From: Giardia intestinalis
Taxonomy: Eukaryota
Reading direction: 5' to 3' (one strand)
Length of the DNA: 64,000 nt
Assembly (NCBI GenBank): GCA_000002435.2
Contig: CM018789.1
A program made the translations under genes and the position numbers. The notes under the pieces were generated by a model, which saw nothing but the letters and a program-made list of their open reading frames with translations, made no database searches and was not told where the DNA came from. Position 1 is the stretch's first letter. The number at the start of each line of letters is the position of its first letter. Positions 10,847 to 19,844 of the stretch are shown here, one piece after another.

Positions 10847-12950
10847 CTTGGTGGGTGAGGCTCTGGTCACTGTCCTTTTTTAGATGCCCCGTCTGCCAGG
10901 GGCTGCCACCGGGCTCTCCGCTGGCTGGGCCCTCGGTGTCCAGTCAGCTGTGGTCCTGGGCAGTGGTCCCACAGTCGCGGTCGCTTGGGTCCCATAGCGG
11001 GTCCGGCTGGTGGGTGAGGCGGGTGGTGGGTGAGGACTGGTGGGGGCTGAGGTGGGCTGTGTCGTATGTGCCTCTGGGTCTGATGGGCCAGTGTGGCGGT
11101 GGGTGATCCCCACTCTATTTGCCAAGGTGGCTGTGTCTGATCCCCAGCCTTCGTTGCACTCCTGAGACACAGACACCGACGATCGTGTTGTGTCCCCCTG
11201 ACTGAGTGCCTCCCTTGGCCTCTGCATGTCCCAGGCAGTATTGCCTCTCTGTCTGGCTGGTGCGTGAGGGTTGAGGCAGGCCATCGCAGCCCCTCCTGAT
11301 GCTCTGTGCGGGTCTGCTAGGCCCCTGGTATGCCCTGTCCAGTGCCTCGATGGGTGCAGTTCACCTCGGGCCAGCAGGGGCATGGATGATCCTGTGGATG
11401 GGATGAGTTCTCTCATGCCTCTAGTGTGATGGCCCAGAAGACTGGCACGGTGGGGCACTGGTGACTGGAGGGTCCCCGTGACCAACTGTGCTGCTCCTGG
11501 TGGGTCCTCGTTGTGGAGTGCTGTGTGTTGTTCATAGGCAGGCTGATCCTCCTTGGTCTCAGGATGCTCTACCATGCAGAGAGGAGCACACTGAGGGTCA
11601 CCCATACCTCACCTGCTGTGTCCTCTTGGGAGTTCCCGATGTGTCACAGGACCTTGCCACCTCTCGTGGCTCTGATGACCCCTCGAGGAGAGCCGGGGTG
11701 TCCTATGCCAGGGGAGGCGTGCACCCTCCTGCATGAGCTGGGACCCACTGCACTGCCCTCAAGGAGGTCTGCTATGAGAGGCAGTGGGATGATTGACGGC
11801 CCCAGAGTGCGGTGGAGGGTGCTCGTGGTCGTCTCTGTGATCGGGCATCACTCTGATGGTCAGCCCTGTGCCTGTATAGTGCTCAGAGGTCACCTATGCT
11901 CCATCGCCTGCTGGACAGCCGGGCCTCTTGTGGCATCCGAAGGCCTCCTCGCTCCTCTGGCTGCTGCCCCCTCGGGTCATCGGTGGAGGCCAGCGGAGTC
12001 TTCGGTGAGTCTGGTGCCTGCCTGGGTGTCATGGGGGGTTGGCAGCTGTCAAGGCTCTGCCACTGCTCACCTGCCTGGAGTGTGCCTCCCTTGGGCCTGC
12101 TGTGCTGTAGTGTTTGAGTCCTCTGGCTTCCTATCAGGCCCTGGTTGTGAGGGTGACTCCACCTGGCCCTCTGATGCCCCTGTGGATGAGCATGGCAATG
12201 TGTCTGGCTGGGGATCTCTAGTGCCCGTGTCTGTCACTGCCTCTCGGTGCTCGGGTGGTTGCCTGGTGCTCTCGTATGGGGCACAGTCAGCGTGTCCCGA
12301 GTAGACTCCAGTCCTCTCTGGGTCCACACAGTCTGTCCGTGTGTGGATGGTCCTCCTGCACTCATGTCCATCTGTGTGCACTGTCACCCAGTCTCGAGAG
12401 CAGACCAGTGCAGTCGCCAGGGCTGCTGTCAGAGGGAGTCGTCTGCCACTACCATCGCTCGAGCAGACTCTACAGCTCAGGCTGGTTGCTGTGCACCCTC
12501 ATCTCTCATGGCAGGGCTGCCTGACTCCCCTTGGTCACCCTCTCTGTCCCGGTGTGCACGGCTCCTGAGGGTTGTCTGGGTGGAGGCACTCACAGACCAC
12601 GAGTTCACAGAGGGATGAGTCACAAGGGGACAGCCTCCAGTCACCACAGCTGCAATCACCCCAGCCCACCGGACCCAGGGGCACATACGAACACCCCCCG
12701 GTCCCCTCCAGCCCCCGCATCCCCACCAGCCGGCCCGCTGGGACCCAAGCGACCGCGACTGTGGGACCACTGCCCAGGACCACAGCTGCCCGGACACCGA
12801 GGGCCCAGCCAGCGGAGAGCCCGGTGGCAGCCCCTGGCAGACGGGAGCATCTAAAAAAGACGGCGACCAGAGCCTCACCCACCAGGACGGCAGACCAAGG
12901 AGAGGCGCCACGGGTAGAGCGGAGAGTCTACAAGAAGGCCTGAATCCAAG
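10847..12950. repeat. GC-rich (~65% GC) palindrome-spacer element with ~250-bp inverted terminal segments; second, inverted copy at 54678..56727
   Basis: 10800-11050 is the reverse complement of 12700-12950 (e.g. gtctgccaggggctgccaccgggctctccgctggctgggccc vs gggcccagccagcggagagcccggtggcagcccctggcagac); interior ORFs occur on both strands in overlapping frames, typical of non-coding GC-rich DNA. Confidence 0.6.
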
Positions 12951-13174
12951 GCAGACCGACGTGCATACTCAGACTGAGCACACACCCGCGAAACAGTAGA
13001 GGAGCGCACCAGACTCTAGATGCATCACCGGAGAGGACTCTCTCATTATGTTATCCACGACCAACTCTTGCCTCCGGACGGCCAGGACTTGAACGAAAAT
13101 TTACTCGTGAGACTTTTGGACACACCATCAGGCGGACCTATCAGCACATCTACACAAGCTACGCACAGTAACGC

Positions 13175-13181
13175 GTTTACT
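13175..13181 (-). promoter_or_regulatory. polyadenylation signal AGTAAAC downstream of VSP stop
   Basis: Matches Giardia AGTRAAY consensus ~25 nt 3' of TAG stop on minus strand. Confidence 0.5.
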
Positions 13182-13203
13182 ACCTAAGTACACAGCTAAG
13201 TAT

Positions 13204-16200
13204 CTACGCTTTGCCTCTACAGAGGAACCACCAGCAGAGGAAGCCGACAAGCCCTCCGACGACAACGATCACGGCGACGGAGATACCCGCGATGGCACCA
13301 GTGGAAAGGCCGCTCTTGTTCGTGCTTCCGCCGGCACTGTCACCGTTCATGAGGTAGCAGAGAACGGAGCCAGTACTAGACGATGGAGGAGCGCAGTTTA
13401 AGCAGCCAGCAACTCCCTTGACACTTCCACTGTTGCTGTCACACGAAGTGCATGGTCCAGCTGCTGATCCGACCATATAGTACCCAGCTGCGCATGACGT
13501 ACACTTATCAGAGCTATCTGCAGCTGAACATGTCTTGCAGGTCGAGTGACACGAAGGGCATGCTCCATCATTGGGCTGAAGACTATTGGCGCACGTTTCA
13601 CACTTACCAGCGCTACTGGCTAGCGTGCATATCTGTATGCCAGGTTGTCTGTCAGTCTTATAGCAGCCGTTGTCCTGACGGAAGTACCCACTGGCACACG
13701 TAGCGCAGCCTCCCTGATTGTCCTTTTTCGAGCATACGGGCGCGCGGGCATTGTCTGCCTTGCAAACTCCGTTGACGGGGACCTCCGTGGATGTGCTGCA
13801 CTTCGAGCAATACTTTGTCCCTCCGATGGTGGCTCCGCAGATCTCGCATCCGCTAGCTCCACTCTGGGGCTTGCACCCGTCCACGCAAGTACCACTTGAT
13901 GGACTGTTCTCATCTGTATACTGAAGCATCTTCCCAGCCGGACAGGCTGTGCACTGATTAGCATCAGCACCCTTGCACTCTGCGCACGCGTCGTTGCACT
14001 TCTTGCAGGTCTTTTTGCCACTATCGTCTCCGTAGTAGCCCTTGAGGGTCGTGCAGTCAGATACGCATTGACTGGTTGGGGTGAGGTAGTTGCCGTCATT
14101 ACATTCAGTGCAGACCTCGTTGTCGGTCTTCGGGTTATCGCAGGCCTTGCAGTTGGGAGTATTGCAGCCAGCAGGCGCGTCCGCACAGGTGTTCGCGTCC
14201 GCCCCGTTGCCGTACGGGCACTTATCGTAGCATCCGCCCATGTAGAGCCTCTGCGCGCCCGTGCAGGCCGCGCAGGTTCCTTCCTGGGCGTTCGCACCGG
14301 CCGTGCACAGGGGCGCGTCCCCCTTCGCCTTGCACTCTCCGTTCACCGGGACCTTGCCTCCCGTGCATTTGGAACAGAAGGTCTGGCCCTCAATCACCAC
14401 GTTGCAGCTGTCAGGGGCGCAGCTTGTCGCGTCCGGGCTCTGGGGGTTGCACGAGGCTGGGCCAGCAGGCGCGTCCGCACAGGTGTTCGTGTCCGCCCCG
14501 TTGCCGTACGGGCACTTATCGTAGCATCCGCCCATGTAGAGCCTCTGCGCGCCCGTGCAGGCCGTGCAGGTTCCTTCCTGGGCGTTCGCACCGGCCGTGC
14601 ACAGGGGCGCGTCCCCCTTCGCCTTGCACTCTCCGTTCACCGGGACCTTGCCTCCCGTGCATTTGGAACAGAAGGTCTGGCCCTCAATCACCACGTTGCA
14701 GCTGTCAGGGGCGCAGCTTGTCGCGTCCGGGCTCTGGGGGTTGCACGAGGCTGGGCCAGCAGGCGCGTCCGCACAGGTGTTCGCGTCCGCCCCGTTGCCG
14801 TACGGGCACTTATCGTAGCATCCGCCCATGTAGAGCCTCTGCGCGCCCGTGCAGGCCGTGCAGGTTCCTTCCTGGGCGTTCGCACCGGCCGTGCACAGGG
14901 GCGCGTCCCCCTTCGCCTTGCACTCTCCGTTCACCGGGACCTTGCCTCCCGTGCATTTGGAACAGAAGGTCTGGCCCTCAATCACCACGTTGCAGCTGTC
15001 AGGGGCGCAGCTTGTCGCGTCCGGGCTCTGGGGGTTGCACGAGGCTGGGCCAGCAGGCGCGTCCGCACAGGTGTTCGCGTCCGCCCCGTTGCCGTACGGG
15101 CACTTATCGTAGCATCCGCCCATGTAGAGCCTCTGCGCGCCCGTGCAGGCCGTGCAGGTTCCTTCCTGGGCGTTCGCACCGGCCGTGCACAGGGGCGCGT
15201 CCCCCTTCGCCTTGCACTCTCCGTTCACCGGGACCTTGCCTCCCGTGCATTTGGAACAGAAGGTCTGGCCCTCAATCACCACGTTGCAGCTGTCAGGGGC
15301 GCAGCTTGTCGCGTCCGGGCTCTGGGGGTTGCACGAGGCTGGGCCAGCAGGCGCGTCCGCACAGGTGTTCGCGTCCGCCCCGTTGCCGTACGGGCACTTA
15401 TCGTAGCATCCGCCCATGTAGAGCCTCTGCGCGCCCGTGCAGGCCGTGCAGGTTCCTTCCTGGGCGTTCGCACCGGCCGTGCACAGGGGCGCGTCCCCCT
15501 TCGCCTTGCACTCTCCGTTCACCGGGACCTTGCCTCCCGTGCATTTGGAACAGAAGGTCTGGCCCTCAATCACCACGTTGCAGCTGTCAGGGGCGCAGCT
15601 TGTCGCGTCCGGGCTCTGGGGGTTGCACGAGGCTGGGCCAGCAGGCGCGTCCGCACAGGTGTTCGCGTCCGCCCCGTTGCCGTACGGGCACTTATCGTAG
15701 CATCCGCCCATGTAGAGCCTCTGCGCGCCCGTGCAGGCCGTGCAGGTTCCTTCCTGGGCGTTCGCACCGGCCGTGCACAGGGGCGCGTCCCCCTTCGCCT
15801 TGCACTCTCCGTTCACCGGGACCTTGCCTCCCGTGCATTTGGAACAGAAGGTCTGGCCCTCAATCACCACGTTGCAGCTGTCAGGGGCGCAGCTTGTCGC
15901 GTCCGGGCTCTGGGGGTTGCACGAGGCTGGGCCAGCAGGCGCGTCCGCACAGGTGTTCGCGTCCGCCCCGTTGCCGTACGGGCACTTATCGTAGCATCCG
16001 CCCATGTAGAGCCTCTGCGCGCCCGTGCAGGCCGTGCAGGTTCCTTCCTGGGCGTTCGCACCGGCCGTGCACAGGGGCGCGTCCCCCTTCGCCTTGCACT
16101 CTCCGTTCACCGGGACCTTGCCTCCCGTGCATTTGGAACAGAAGGTCTGGCCCTCAATCACCACGTTGCAGCTGTCAGGGGCGCAGCTTGTCGCGTCCGG

Positions 16201-18069
16201 GCTCTGGGGGTTGCACGAGGCTGGGCCAGCAGGCGCGTCCGCACAGGTGTTCGCGTCCGCCCCGTTGCCGTACGGGCACTTATCGTAGCATCCGCCCATG
16301 TAGAGCCTCTGCGCGCCCGTGCAGGCCGTGCAGGTTCCTTCCTGGGCGTTCGCACCGGCCGTGCACAGGGGCGCGTCCCCCTTCGCCTTGCACTCTCCGT
16401 TCACCGGGACCTTGCCTCCCGTGCATTTGGAACAGAAGGTCTGGCCCTCAATCACCACGTTGCAGCTGTCAGGGGCGCAGCTTGTCGCGTCCGGGCTCTG
16501 GGGGTTGCACGAGGCTGGGCCAGCAGGCGCGTCCGCACAGGTGTTCGCGTCCGCCCCGTTGCCGTACGGGCACTTATCGTAGCATCCGCCCATGTAGAGC
16601 CTCTGCGCGCCCGTGCAGGCCGTGCAGGTTCCTTCCTGGGCGTTCGCACCGGCCGTGCACAGGGGCGCGTCCCCCTTCGCCTTGCACTCTCCGTTCACCG
16701 GGACCTTGCCTCCCGTGCATTTGGAACAGAAGGTCTGGCCCTCAATCACCACGTTGCAGCTGTCAGGGGCGCAGCTTGTCGCGTCCGGGCTCTGGGGGTT
16801 GCACGAGGCTGGGCCAGCAGGCGCGTCCGCACAGGTGTTCGCGTCCGCCCCGTTGCCGTACGGGCACTTATCGTAGCATCCGCCCATGTAGAGCCTCTGC
16901 GCGCCCGTGCAGGCCGTGCAGGTTCCTTCCTGGGCGTTCGCACCGGCCGTGCACAGGGGCGCGTCCCCCTTCGCCTTGCACTCTCCGTTCACCGGGACCT
17001 TGCCTCCCGTGCATTTGGAACAGAAGGTCTGGCCCTCAATCACCACGTTGCAGCTGTCAGGGGCGCAGCTTGTCGCGTCCGGGCTCTGGGGGTTGCACGA
17101 GGCTGGGCCAGCAGGCGCGTCCGCACAGGTGTTCGCGTCCGCCCCGTTGCCGTACGGGCACTTATCGTAGCATCCGCCCATGTAGAGCCTCTGCGCGCCC
17201 GTGCAGGCCGTGCAGGTTCCTTCCTGGGCGTTCGCACCGGCCGTGCACAGGGGCGCGTCCCCCTTCGCCTTGCACTCTCCGTTCACCGGGACCTTGCCTC
17301 CCGTGCATTTGGAACAGAAGGTCTGGCCCTCAATCACCACGTTGCAGCTGTCAGGGGCGCAGCTTGTCGCGTCCGGGCTCTGGGGGTTGCACGAGGCTGG
17401 GCCAGCAGGCGCGTCCGCACAGGTGTTCGCGTCCGCCCCGTTGCCGTACGGGCACTTATCGTAGCATCCGCCCATGTAGAGCCTCTGCGCGCCCGTGCAG
17501 GCCGTGCAGGTTCCTTCCTGGGCGTTCGCACCGGCCGTGCACAGGGGCGCGTCCCCCTTCGCCTTGCACTCTCCGTTCACCGGGACCTTGCCTCCCGTGC
17601 ATTTGGAACAGAAGGTCTGGCCCTCAATCACCACGTTGCAGCTGTCAGGGGCGCAGCTTGTCGCGTCCGGGCTCTGGGGGTTGCACGAGGCTGGGCCAGC
17701 AGGCGCGTCCGCACAGGTGTTCGCGTCCGCCCCGTTGCCGTACGGGCACTTATCGTAGCATCCGCCCATGTAGAGCCTCTGCGCGCCCGTGCAGGCCGTG
17801 CAGGTTCCTTCCTGGGCGTTCGCACCGGCCGTGCACAGGGGCGCGTCCCCCTTCGCCTTGCACTCTCCGTTCACCGGGACCTTGCCTCCCGTGCATTTGG
17901 AACAGAAGGTCTGGCCCTCAATCACCACGTTGCAGCTGTCAGGGGCGCAGCTTGTCGCGTCCGGGCTCTGGGGGTTGCACGAGGCTGGGCTTGCCTTTGC
18001 TCTACTTGCTGTTTGCGACGCCCAAGCTAATTGCAGGGCCAAGCTTACAAAGATGAGCTTATCGAACAT
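13204..18069 (-). CDS. vsp: variant-specific surface protein (VSP) with 13 tandem 98-aa repeats
   Basis: C-terminus ...GGLVGFLCWWFLCRGKA* (canonical VSP TM + CRGKA), GGCY and CXXC motifs, signal peptide MFDKLIFVSLALQLAWA; ORF track start 18159 trimmed to first Met that begins a signal peptide (plus cat at 18067-18069). Confidence 0.85.
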   Translation of the reverse strand: MFDKLIFVSLALQLAWASQTASRAKASPASCNPQSPDATSCAPDSCNVVIEGQTFCSKCTGGKVPVNGECKAKGDAPLCTAGANAQEGTCTACTGAQRLYMGGCYDKCPYGNGADANTCADAPAGPASCNPQSPDATSCAPDSCNVVIEGQTFCSKCTGGKVPVNGECKAKGDAPLCTAGANAQEGTCTACTGAQRLYMGGCYDKCPYGNGADANTCADAPAGPASCNPQSPDATSCAPDSCNVVIEGQTFCSKCTGGKVPVNGECKAKGDAPLCTAGANAQEGTCTACTGAQRLYMGGCYDKCPYGNGADANTCADAPAGPASCNPQSPDATSCAPDSCNVVIEGQTFCSKCTGGKVPVNGECKAKGDAPLCTAGANAQEGTCTACTGAQRLYMGGCYDKCPYGNGADANTCADAPAGPASCNPQSPDATSCAPDSCNVVIEGQTFCSKCTGGKVPVNGECKAKGDAPLCTAGANAQEGTCTACTGAQRLYMGGCYDKCPYGNGADANTCADAPAGPASCNPQSPDATSCAPDSCNVVIEGQTFCSKCTGGKVPVNGECKAKGDAPLCTAGANAQEGTCTACTGAQRLYMGGCYDKCPYGNGADANTCADAPAGPASCNPQSPDATSCAPDSCNVVIEGQTFCSKCTGGKVPVNGECKAKGDAPLCTAGANAQEGTCTACTGAQRLYMGGCYDKCPYGNGADANTCADAPAGPASCNPQSPDATSCAPDSCNVVIEGQTFCSKCTGGKVPVNGECKAKGDAPLCTAGANAQEGTCTACTGAQRLYMGGCYDKCPYGNGADANTCADAPAGPASCNPQSPDATSCAPDSCNVVIEGQTFCSKCTGGKVPVNGECKAKGDAPLCTAGANAQEGTCTACTGAQRLYMGGCYDKCPYGNGADANTCADAPAGPASCNPQSPDATSCAPDSCNVVIEGQTFCSKCTGGKVPVNGECKAKGDAPLCTAGANAQEGTCTACTGAQRLYMGGCYDKCPYGNGADANTCADAPAGPASCNPQSPDATSCAPDSCNVVIEGQTFCSKCTGGKVPVNGECKAKGDAPLCTAGANAQEGTCTACTGAQRLYMGGCYDKCPYGNGADANTCADAPAGPASCNPQSPDATSCAPDSCNVVIEGQTFCSKCTGGKVPVNGECKAKGDAPLCTAGANAQEGTCTACTGAQRLYMGGCYDKCPYGNGADTNTCADAPAGPASCNPQSPDATSCAPDSCNVVIEGQTFCSKCTGGKVPVNGECKAKGDAPLCTAGANAQEGTCAACTGAQRLYMGGCYDKCPYGNGADANTCADAPAGCNTPNCKACDNPKTDNEVCTECNDGNYLTPTSQCVSDCTTLKGYYGDDSGKKTCKKCNDACAECKGADANQCTACPAGKMLQYTDENSPSSGTCVDGCKPQSGASGCEICGATIGGTKYCSKCSTSTEVPVNGVCKADNARAPVCSKKDNQGGCATCASGYFRQDNGCYKTDRQPGIQICTLASSAGKCETCANSLQPNDGACPSCHSTCKTCSAADSSDKCTSCAAGYYMVGSAAGPCTSCDSNSGSVKGVAGCLNCAPPSSSTGSVLCYLMNGDSAGGSTNKSGLSTGAIAGISVAVIVVVGGLVGFLCWWFLCRGKA
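14166..17990. repeat. tandem array, 294-bp unit x 13.0, within VSP coding region
   Basis: Marker string gcctctgcgcgcccgtgcaggccg recurs every 294 bp from 14249 to 17777; antisense small ORFs recur 13 times at 294-bp spacing; units identical except 2-3 substitutions in the terminal units. Confidence 0.9.
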
Positions 18070-18333
18070 TGGGCCAAAGGTAGCCTGGTGGCGACACGGG
18101 GCTATGTAAGTAATAGCCGCGGACGCAATCGCCTGTCCATGCACCACATTAACGCACAACCCTCCTTTTCACATGTCCGACTTGGCGAAGGTACCAACCC
18201 AGGCCTTCCAGATTTGTGGTCTAACTTAACATAGGCGATATAGGTAGGGACGATCGTAAGTCGCCAAGAGAACAAATACCCTCAGTAAGCATTTACGTCG
18301 AGTATCATAAAACCCCGCCGCCCTCAACTCAGT

Positions 18334-19077
18334 CTACGAGTGCGAGGCAAAAGCGCCACCCTGGGAACCCTTCAAGCGATCGTAAAGCAGAATTGCCAGA
18401 AGCGACTTGCCATCTGTGAGCTTCTCCAGCGACCCGGCTAGCTTAGTAAGGCGAACGATGATGCGTTCGTGTGGTCCGACTCCGGTGAGTCTTCCCGCCA
18501 GATTCTCAAGGAAGTCTTTGGAAACCGACTTCTCCGTGTAGTATAGAGATAGAAGCTCGTCGCTGCCCCCCGGAGAAGTGTAGTATGAACCTAAGCTACA
18601 AAGGTCGGACCGCTTCAGTGAGATGCCGGTCTCCTCTGCCATCTCTTGGACAGCCACGCCGACCACATCTCCATTCTCATCGAGCATTCCCGCGGGGATC
18701 TCCAAGAATGACGCCTTTCCAACGGGAACCCGTGCCTGTTCGGTGAGGACAATGTACTTTTCTGCAGTTTTCTCGTCAATGAGCACAGGAAGGACGCCAA
18801 CAGACCCTCCCCGCATGAAAACGATCCCGGGCACCCGCTGGCCGTGAATCTTGGAGTACGCCTCCGCAGAAAACTTCAAAAAGCCAATCCTAGCTCCGAA
18901 GTAATCCACGCTCTGGACAGTCAAACCCCGGACATCAAGGTTTTCATCAATCTCTTCGCACCATTCGCGGAATGGCTTATACACCTTTAACATGGAAGAA
19001 AACATCACCGGTTCTACATCTGCCGGAAGCGTGACAGAGACATTTTTTCCTCGAATCACCACTGTAACCTCGCTCAT
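18334..19077 (-). CDS. Nudix hydrolase family protein (ADP-sugar pyrophosphatase-like)
   Basis: Nudix box-like GMLDENGDVVGVAVQEMAEETGI (G..EX7..E.MAEETGI; R->Q and one E->G deviation from GX5EX7REUXEEXGU); 247 aa. Confidence 0.5.
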   Translation of the reverse strand: MSEVTVVIRGKNVSVTLPADVEPVMFSSMLKVYKPFREWCEEIDENLDVRGLTVQSVDYFGARIGFLKFSAEAYSKIHGQRVPGIVFMRGGSVGVLPVLIDEKTAEKYIVLTEQARVPVGKASFLEIPAGMLDENGDVVGVAVQEMAEETGISLKRSDLCSLGSYYTSPGGSDELLSLYYTEKSVSKDFLENLAGRLTGVGPHERIIVRLTKLAGSLEKLTDGKSLLAILLYDRLKGSQGGAFASHS

Positions 19078-19181
19078 CTGATGCAGGATGGCCTACGAGT
19101 GCTCCCGTCTTGGCTTTGTCTTTTCCTTGCTAATAATTTAAATTCATATTTGTAAATTAAATGAAATAATTGCAGCACCTT

Positions 19182-19844
19182 ATGTTCAAGTCCATTTCTC
19201 TCGAGGACCTTCCGAGGCTTAACAGCCACCTTGAGACCCGTGCCTACATGGCGGGCTTTGTACCGTCTCTCAACGATCACATCATGTACACCCACGTGTG
19301 CAGCATGGATGTGGCGCCTGAGATGCACCACGTTCTTCGCTGGCTGTCCCACATGAAGTCTTTCAGCCAAGCTGAACGTGCTGCTCTCCCTGCCAAGGGG
19401 AAGATATGCGATTTCGCCCCGGCAGAGGAGAAGCCGGAGGCTAAGAAATCTTCCAACGCAGATCTCTTCGGAAGCGACAGCGAGTCAGACGACGAGGAGC
19501 TGAAGGCAGAGAAGGAGAAGCTGCAGGCCAGTCTTGAGAACAAGAAGAAGCCGAAGAACGCCAAGGCAGAGATGTCCATGGTTGTCCTCGAGATCAAGCC
19601 CAACGATGACGAGTCTGACATGGAGTACGTTCAGAAGAATCTGACTAAGATGGTGACCATGGACGGCCTCAACTGGGGGGAGTCTGAGTTTCAGCCTCTT
19701 TGCTACGGCCTCAAGGCCCTTGTCATCGCCTGCACGGTAGTCGATGACATCTGTTCTGTCGATGATCTCTGTGAGAAAGTGGTCGAAGTCTTTGAGGAGC
19801 AGGTGCAGAGCTGTGATGTCCGATCATTTAACAAGCTCGGGTAG
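19182..19844 (+). CDS. EF1B: translation elongation factor 1-beta
   Basis: C-terminal guanine-exchange domain MVVLEIKPNDDESDMEYVQKNLTKMVTMDGLNWGESEFQPLCYGLKALVIACTVVDDICSVDDLCEKVVEVFEEQVQSCDVRSFNKLG aligns with EF-1beta (ILLDVKPWDDETDM...DGLVWG...VGYGIKKLQI...VQSMDVAAFNKI); acidic Ser/Asp/Glu linker; start moved from TTG to first ATG (19182). Confidence 0.8.
   Translation: MFKSISLEDLPRLNSHLETRAYMAGFVPSLNDHIMYTHVCSMDVAPEMHHVLRWLSHMKSFSQAERAALPAKGKICDFAPAEEKPEAKKSSNADLFGSDSESDDEELKAEKEKLQASLENKKKPKNAKAEMSMVVLEIKPNDDESDMEYVQKNLTKMVTMDGLNWGESEFQPLCYGLKALVIACTVVDDICSVDDLCEKVVEVFEEQVQSCDVRSFNKLG

Noticed and set aside
10880-12304. 241-aa, 263-aa (and in the second locus 337-aa, 342-aa) ORFs inside the GC-rich spacer element
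   Set aside because: ORFs overlap each other on both strands, are Pro/Arg/Gly/Ser/Trp-rich with no domain signature, and occur in ~65% GC DNA where stop codons are rare; treated as non-coding repeat sequence
10770-12950. Idea that the GC-rich element is an rDNA fragment (Giardia rRNA genes are very GC-rich)
   Set aside because: No universally conserved SSU/LSU motifs (e.g. GGTTGATCCTGCC-like 5' end, GTGCCAGC(A/M)GCCGCGGTAA-like 530 loop, GTACACACCGCCCGTC) recognisable in either strand
14166-17990. Tandem repeats as a CRISPR-like array
   Set aside because: Units are 294 bp, contiguous without spacers, protein-coding, in a eukaryotic gene
14068-18056. Giant plus-strand ORFs (1320 aa and 1210 aa) and repeated 87-aa/65-aa small ORFs across the VSP array
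   Set aside because: They are antisense or out-of-frame readings of the GC-rich 294-bp tandem repeat (Arg/Ala/Pro-rich, periodic); the minus-strand reading gives a bona fide VSP with signal peptide, GGCY/CXXC motifs and CRGKA tail
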